20,000 nucleotides of DNA from an uncultured virus (IMG/VR IMGVR_UViG_2695420571_000019) (taxonomy: Duplodnaviria > Heunggongvirae > Uroviricota > Caudoviricetes). Shown one piece after another: positions 16,317 to 20,000 of this stretch. Location: IMG/VR virus record IMGVR_UViG_2695420571_000019. One strand, written 5' to 3'. Numbering within the stretch: the stretch's first letter is position 1; every line of letters starts with the position of its first letter. Under the pieces are notes generated by a model. That model did not search any database. It was not told the origin of the DNA and saw nothing but the letters and a program-made list of their open reading frames with translations. The position numbers and the translations under genes were made by a program.

Positions 16317-17467
16317 AACGGTTCTTGCGCAACTTACACGCCAAGCAGACGCTAAAGTACGCCTTTGATGCCGCAGGCCTGTACGCAGCCAAGCGCTTGT
16401 CTAACGGAAAAGAAGCGCGCCGATATCCGAAAATCCATGACGTTGATATTAACGAAGAAAGAACGCGATATGTATTTACGTTACTTAACGGAATGGACCC
16501 GAAAGAAATCGCGAAAAAGGAATTTGTGTTCCGGCAAGTATTCGGACGCAACGTGGAACTAAGCGGCGATCTAAAACGCTATGTATTAACGGTTTATAGC
16601 GCCGAGATGCCGGCCGTATTGCGCTATAACTTTGCGGAGATTCAACCGGTCATTGAGCGTCACAATCTCGGCATTATCGCGGGCAAAGATCGCCACGGTC
16701 GGTATGTTAGCTTCGATTTGTTGACGCAACCACATATTCTTATTGCGGGCGAAACGGGAAGCGGAAAGTCAACGCAGCTACGATCGATCCTAACAACGCT
16801 GATAAAACAGAACCGGCCCGACCGGCTGCAGTTATACCTTGCGGACTGTAAGAAATCGGAGTTCCACGTATTCCGGAAAGTCGAGCATGTACAGTGCGTT
16901 CTAACGAGCGCAGAAGATATCCGAAGAATGTTACGAAGCATAAAACGCGAATTAGATGAGCGCAGCAACCTTACGGAGCAGTTCGAAATAAGCCATATCG
17001 ATGAGCTCCCGGATGACCGTAAACGACCGTATATAGTCGTCTGTATTGATGAGTTTCTTCTATTAAGAAAAGACGCCGAGATCATGGACGTATTAGCGGA
17101 GCTCGTCGCGATAGGTCGGACGCTAGGAGTATTCGCGATTCTTTCGATGCAACGGCCGAATGCCAAAACGCTTGATACGACTATTCGCGCAAATCTAACC
17201 GTAAGCATGGGCTTTAAGCTGCGCGATATAACGGAGGCCCGAATCGTCAATACGCCAGGCGCCGAGAAGCTGGACGTAAGCGGGCGGTTCATAATGGCGG
17301 CCGACAAAACCTACGAACTACAGGCGCCGTATCTCGAAATGAACGAGGCGAAGGCGCTGCTGAATCCGTATTGCGTAATGAAATCACCGACCAAAGACGT
17401 AACGCCACCGGCAGCCGAGCCGGAAATCTTAACGGAAAAGGACGTGTTTATCGATGGCCCTTACTAA
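16313..17467 (+). CDS. FtsK/SpoIIIE-family ATPase (coupling-protein-like), with no TM or gamma domain of its own
   Basis: PHILIAGETGSGKS Walker A, YIVVCIDE Walker B, GRTLGVFAILSMQRP; ATGA overlap with the upstream gene. Confidence 0.92.
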   Translation: MKRFLRNLHAKQTLKYAFDAAGLYAAKRLSNGKEARRYPKIHDVDINEERTRYVFTLLNGMDPKEIAKKEFVFRQVFGRNVELSGDLKRYVLTVYSAEMPAVLRYNFAEIQPVIERHNLGIIAGKDRHGRYVSFDLLTQPHILIAGETGSGKSTQLRSILTTLIKQNRPDRLQLYLADCKKSEFHVFRKVEHVQCVLTSAEDIRRMLRSIKRELDERSNLTEQFEISHIDELPDDRKRPYIVVCIDEFLLLRKDAEIMDVLAELVAIGRTLGVFAILSMQRPNAKTLDTTIRANLTVSMGFKLRDITEARIVNTPGAEKLDVSGRFIMAADKTYELQAPYLEMNEAKALLNPYCVMKSPTKDVTPPAAEPEILTEKDVFIDGPY

Positions 17468-18086
17468 CCGAGATAAAGCGATCATTGCGGATCTTAATAA
17501 ATTTCGCGTAATGGATCGTGATACGATTGCCGAGCTGCATTTCGGAAATTTGCGCAGACCAAAATACGCAGCCAATAACGTTCTGCTGCGGTTGCTTAGG
17601 GACGGACATATTCAGCGATCGACGGCGCGCCAGCCTTACGTTTACTTTGGCGGCGAAACAACGATGAAAAAGAACAGCGCCAAGATCGATCATTTTCTTG
17701 CGATAGGTAACGTTTATAAAGAGATGCGAGGCCAGTCGTTGGAGTCGTTCTTGGTGGAGCCGAAGTACGGAGAAAAGGGAACGGTCGAGCCGGACATATT
17801 TGCGCTATACCGGCGGACGCCTTTCTTTATCGAGGTGCAGCGGTCAGTCTATTCGGAAAAACAGATGCGCGAAAAGTTAGACCGGTATGAAGCGTTTTTC
17901 CAGTCGGGCATTATTGCGCTGGAAGCGTGGCAGAATCCCGAGCGGATAATGTTTCCGCACGTACTGATTCTATCGGACACGCGATACGGACTGCCTTCGT
18001 TTCCGTTTAAGGTATTCCAGGCGCCGACCTTTACTGCGTTTATTCAGTCGATAACAAAGCCGAAAGAAAAGACGCCCGCGAATTAA
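17454..18086 (+). CDS. Replication-relaxation (Replic_Relax / MOBC-like) PD-(D/E)xK nuclease
   Basis: N-terminal wHTH (LTNRDKAII..L..FRVM), DHFLAI, EPD...FFIEVQ...K...Y catalytic pattern; overlaps the ATPase gene. Confidence 0.85.
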   Translation: MALTNRDKAIIADLNKFRVMDRDTIAELHFGNLRRPKYAANNVLLRLLRDGHIQRSTARQPYVYFGGETTMKKNSAKIDHFLAIGNVYKEMRGQSLESFLVEPKYGEKGTVEPDIFALYRRTPFFIEVQRSVYSEKQMREKLDRYEAFFQSGIIALEAWQNPERIMFPHVLILSDTRYGLPSFPFKVFQAPTFTAFIQSITKPKEKTPAN

Positions 18087-18094
18087 TCGTGGGC
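18074..18094. terminator. Hairpin between the convergent relaxase and HTH genes
   Basis: GCCCGCGA-ATTAA-TCGTGGGC; followed on the minus strand by GTCTTTTCTTT. Confidence 0.5.
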
Positions 18095-18301
18095 TTAATC
18101 GCGTAACTCAAACAATTCGTTCATATCCGTAATACCTAATCCTTTAGCGACTTTGGCTACGTGTTCGCGATTTACTGTACTGCGTTGGTTTGCGCAAAGT
18201 TCAGAGATTACGTTATTTCTTACGCCGATCTCTTCGGCAAATTTCGTTTTCTTTATTCCTCGCTTGTCCAAAATTTCCTCGAGCTTTACATAAAGGCGCA
18301 T
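18095..18301 (-). CDS. Cro/C1-type HTH regulator (HTH_26-like)
   Basis: AGGGG RBS 8 nt before ATG 18301 (alternative GTG 18310); KLEEILDKRGIKKTKFAEEIGVRNNVISEL. Confidence 0.85.
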   Translation of the reverse strand: MRLYVKLEEILDKRGIKKTKFAEEIGVRNNVISELCANQRSTVNREHVAKVAKGLGITDMNELFELRD

Positions 18302-18331
18302 TTCTTCCACCCCTAGACGTTTGATAAGTCT

Positions 18332-18397
18332 ATTCTATCGCGTTATTGATATTTTGTAAATAAAATTATTGACTTATTGCTAATTAGTTATTATTAT
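18332..18397. promoter_or_regulatory. Back-to-back SigA promoters for the HTH gene (-) and Rep-like gene (+)
   Basis: + strand TTGACT(18369)-N17-TATTAT(18392); - strand TTTACA(18360)-N17-TAGAAT(18337). Confidence 0.7.
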
Positions 18398-18438
18398 TTA
18401 ATTACTGATATATCGATAAAACGAAAGGGGTTGACGAT

Positions 18439-19278
18439 ATGCATTACTTAGCGGAACACCAAACGTTCGAATCGACGGCTCAACTTAACGAAGCTGTTTA
18501 CGAACATATCAAGCGCAATACATACGAGCTTAACGATACGGATCGCCAGGCGCTTAAGATGATCGCACGTTACGCGGTTAAGTTTAGCGGAGCGGCGCAC
18601 CTTAAAGCGGAAACGTTGGCGAGCCTAATCGATAAATCCGTTAAGACGGCGCGTCGGGCGCTGAATAAACTAGCGGGGCTCGGCATCGTAAAGAAGGTCG
18701 CTACGACGAGGAAGATCAACGGAGGCAAAGGCGCGAACATCATCGTAATCCTGCCGGTTGGAAGCTGCGAAGAAAACCCGAAGGACACGCTTTTGTCCGA
18801 GGATGACCAGTCGACAATGTCCAATCGCGGACAAGCCGAAAAGCCTACGGAATCAACGGTTGAGGCGCCGAAAACGAAAAACGAACCATCGGATTTAATT
18901 AAGCGTTCTAAAAACCAAAATAACGTATTAGATACGGCGGTAATACCGGCTGAAGCGTTAAAAGGCGCGTTGCCTAACGAAATCTATAACGCAATGGCTC
19001 GATACTTTGACGCAGATAAAATTTATAAATACTACGGAATTCTTTTGCGCGCTAAGGCAAGCGTAGACAGATCGATCAGACTCGAAGAACATGCGGCGCC
19101 TTTCGTTGAAGCGTGGCACGCAACGATTATGAAAGCGAAATCGCACGAAATTAAGCGTTTCGACGATTACCTATACGCTGGGTTTAGGAAGGCGGCTTGG
19201 ACGGTTAAGGCGCGCTTAAATCGTGCGAACAACGTTAGTCTATTAGCGAAGTTCGAAGCGCTTCTTCAGGCGCAGTAG
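18439..19278 (+). CDS. Winged-HTH protein, probable replication-initiator-like protein
   Basis: KAETLASLIDKSVKTARRALNKLAGLGIV...G.GAN wHTH, polar linker, helical C-terminal domain. This is the architecture of phage/plasmid initiators. Confidence 0.6.
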   Translation: MHYLAEHQTFESTAQLNEAVYEHIKRNTYELNDTDRQALKMIARYAVKFSGAAHLKAETLASLIDKSVKTARRALNKLAGLGIVKKVATTRKINGGKGANIIVILPVGSCEENPKDTLLSEDDQSTMSNRGQAEKPTESTVEAPKTKNEPSDLIKRSKNQNNVLDTAVIPAEALKGALPNEIYNAMARYFDADKIYKYYGILLRAKASVDRSIRLEEHAAPFVEAWHATIMKAKSHEIKRFDDYLYAGFRKAAWTVKARLNRANNVSLLAKFEALLQAQ

Positions 19279-19380
19279 ATGGAACGCCGAAATTTACGTT
19301 CATCCGAAATTCGGACAATCGACAGCTTTAATATCCGTATAAAGTCGTTTGAATAACATCGCGGGTTACGGTGCGGAGAC

Positions 19381-19410
19381 TTGCGCGGTGACGGTGCTAT
19401 ACGCTATAAT
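19381..19410 (+). promoter_or_regulatory. Putative SigA promoter facing the att site
   Basis: TTGCGC-N18-TATAAT with no ORF between it and att. Confidence 0.45.
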
Positions 19411-19435
19411 TCGTAATATCGAAATAAAAACCGTT

Positions 19436-19494
19436 TGACTTAACGATGACTTAACGCTGATATACCAACGTTTGACTTACCGATTGACTTATCG
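19436..19494 (+). repeat. Four TGACTTANCG direct repeats (candidate integrase arm/excisionase sites)
   Basis: Copies at 19436, 19447, 19473 and 19485, ending 13 bp before the att core. Confidence 0.7.
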
Positions 19495-19507
19495 GATCAC
19501 TTGCGGA

Positions 19508-19553
19508 TACCTTGACAGGGTAGAGGTCGCTGGTTCGAGCCCAGTCGGAATCA
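19508..19553 (+). other. att site: 46-bp 3' fragment of tRNA-Val(GAC)
   Basis: TACC-TTGACAG-GGTAG anticodon arm, GCTGG-TTCGAGC-CCAGT T arm, 3' acceptor strand CGGAATCA; D arm and 5' acceptor strand are missing. Confidence 0.9.
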
Positions 19554-19559
19554 TAGCTT

Positions 19560-19585
19560 AAACCCTTGCGTAGCAAGGGTTTTTT
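19560..19585 (+). terminator. Rho-independent terminator after the tRNA fragment
   Basis: AAACCCTTGC-GTA-GCAAGGGTTT plus T run. Confidence 0.85.
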
Positions 19586-19623
19586 ACTTTGCTTATTTAT
19601 TGATTTTGTCATCATTCATCGAG

Positions 19624-19643
19624 TTGGGGACGAATTGGGGACG
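19624..19643 (+). repeat. TTGGGGACG direct repeat pair outside the prophage
   Basis: Exact 9-mers at 19624 and 19635 (11-bp period). Confidence 0.6.
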
Positions 19644-19655
19644 GAAGTTTTTTTA

Positions 19656-19686
19656 AGCTGATTTTGAAGTGAATTCAAAATCAGCT
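19656..19686. repeat. Perfect 13-bp inverted repeat downstream of the cdiI-like gene
   Basis: AGCTGATTTTGAA-GTGAA-TTCAAAATCAGCT. Confidence 0.7.
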
Positions 19687-19697
19687 CTGTTTCTATG

Positions 19698-20000
19698 CTA
19701 GGTTAAAGTTTCAATATTCTTTTCGATTTTTTGAATAACTTGTTCGAGCCATATGATTGGAGATACGCCGTAACTAAGAACGTCCACTCCGTCAGCAGCT
19801 TCATCGATAAAATCATTCTTTTCTTCATCCGAATAATCGCTGTTAAAAAAATCTTTCAATGCAGCTATATCAGTTTCTTGCCCTTCTTTTGGAATCTCTT
19901 CTAAGTATTCGTCCAGTGCTGACTCTGGAGCTTCTATATCTTGATGAAATATACCTCCTAGAAATTGAAATACAGGTTCAGATATTTCGATTACAATCAT
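19698..20000 (-). CDS. CdiI-like (CdiI_2-type) toxin immunity protein, possibly 5'-truncated
   Basis: Acidic ~100 aa with FQFLGGIFHQD and a C-terminal WL..V helix. The ATG is at the window edge, so the start is unverified. Confidence 0.7.
   Translation of the reverse strand: MIVIEISEPVFQFLGGIFHQDIEAPESALDEYLEEIPKEGQETDIAALKDFFNSDYSDEEKNDFIDEAADGVDVLSYGVSPIIWLEQVIQKIEKNIETLT

Larger units (their letters stand above)
1..19553 (+). mobile_element. Temperate siphovirus prophage, right part (late/structural genes, lysis, accessory arm), ending at a tRNA-Val att duplication
   Basis: Canonical siphophage gene order from head-tail to lysis. Ends at a 3' tRNA fragment (19508-19553) preceded by direct repeats; sequence beyond is visibly more AT-rich. 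Integrase is not in the window. Confidence 0.95.

Noticed and set aside
16660..17307. 215-aa antisense ORF inside the FtsK gene
   Set aside because: It lies fully opposite a conserved ATPase domain, has Ser/Arg-rich shadow composition and no recognisable domain.
19436..19494. Mini CRISPR array
   Set aside because: The repeats are 10 bp with 1-16 bp gaps and no cas genes are present.
19508..19553. Functional tRNA-Val gene
   Set aside because: The 5' acceptor strand and D arm are absent upstream, so it is an att duplication.

Overview
Right-hand ~19.5 kb of a temperate siphovirus prophage in a Bacillus (probably B. subtilis group) chromosome, followed by ~450 bp of flanking DNA. 1-14695 is a co-oriented late operon: MuF-like minor head protein, head-tail connectors, major tail protein, tail chaperone with a -1 frameshift extension, tape measure, Dit, Tal with an N-terminal GH73 domain, a beta-helix spike with peptidase G2, BppU-like fibre, XkdW/XkdX-like proteins, XhlA-like protein, amidase and holin. 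An accessory arm lies between the lysis cassette and the att site. It holds a membrane/Zn-ribbon moron, an SOS-boxed yolD-like gene and a plasmid-like DNA-handling module. That module comprises an HTH gene, a ~155-nt strand-specific folded element, a small membrane protein, an FtsK/SpoIIIE ATPase, a Replic_Relax (MOBC-like) nuclease, a second HTH gene and a Rep-like wHTH protein. The membrane gene ends in two overlapping, correctly phased -1 slippery heptamers that would fuse it to the ATPase. The prophage ends at a 46-bp 3' copy of tRNA-Val(GAC), with candidate integrase/excisionase binding repeats on its inner side. A different repeat pair and a CdiI-like immunity gene lie outside it. All family assignments come from motif recognition by eye, not database searches.
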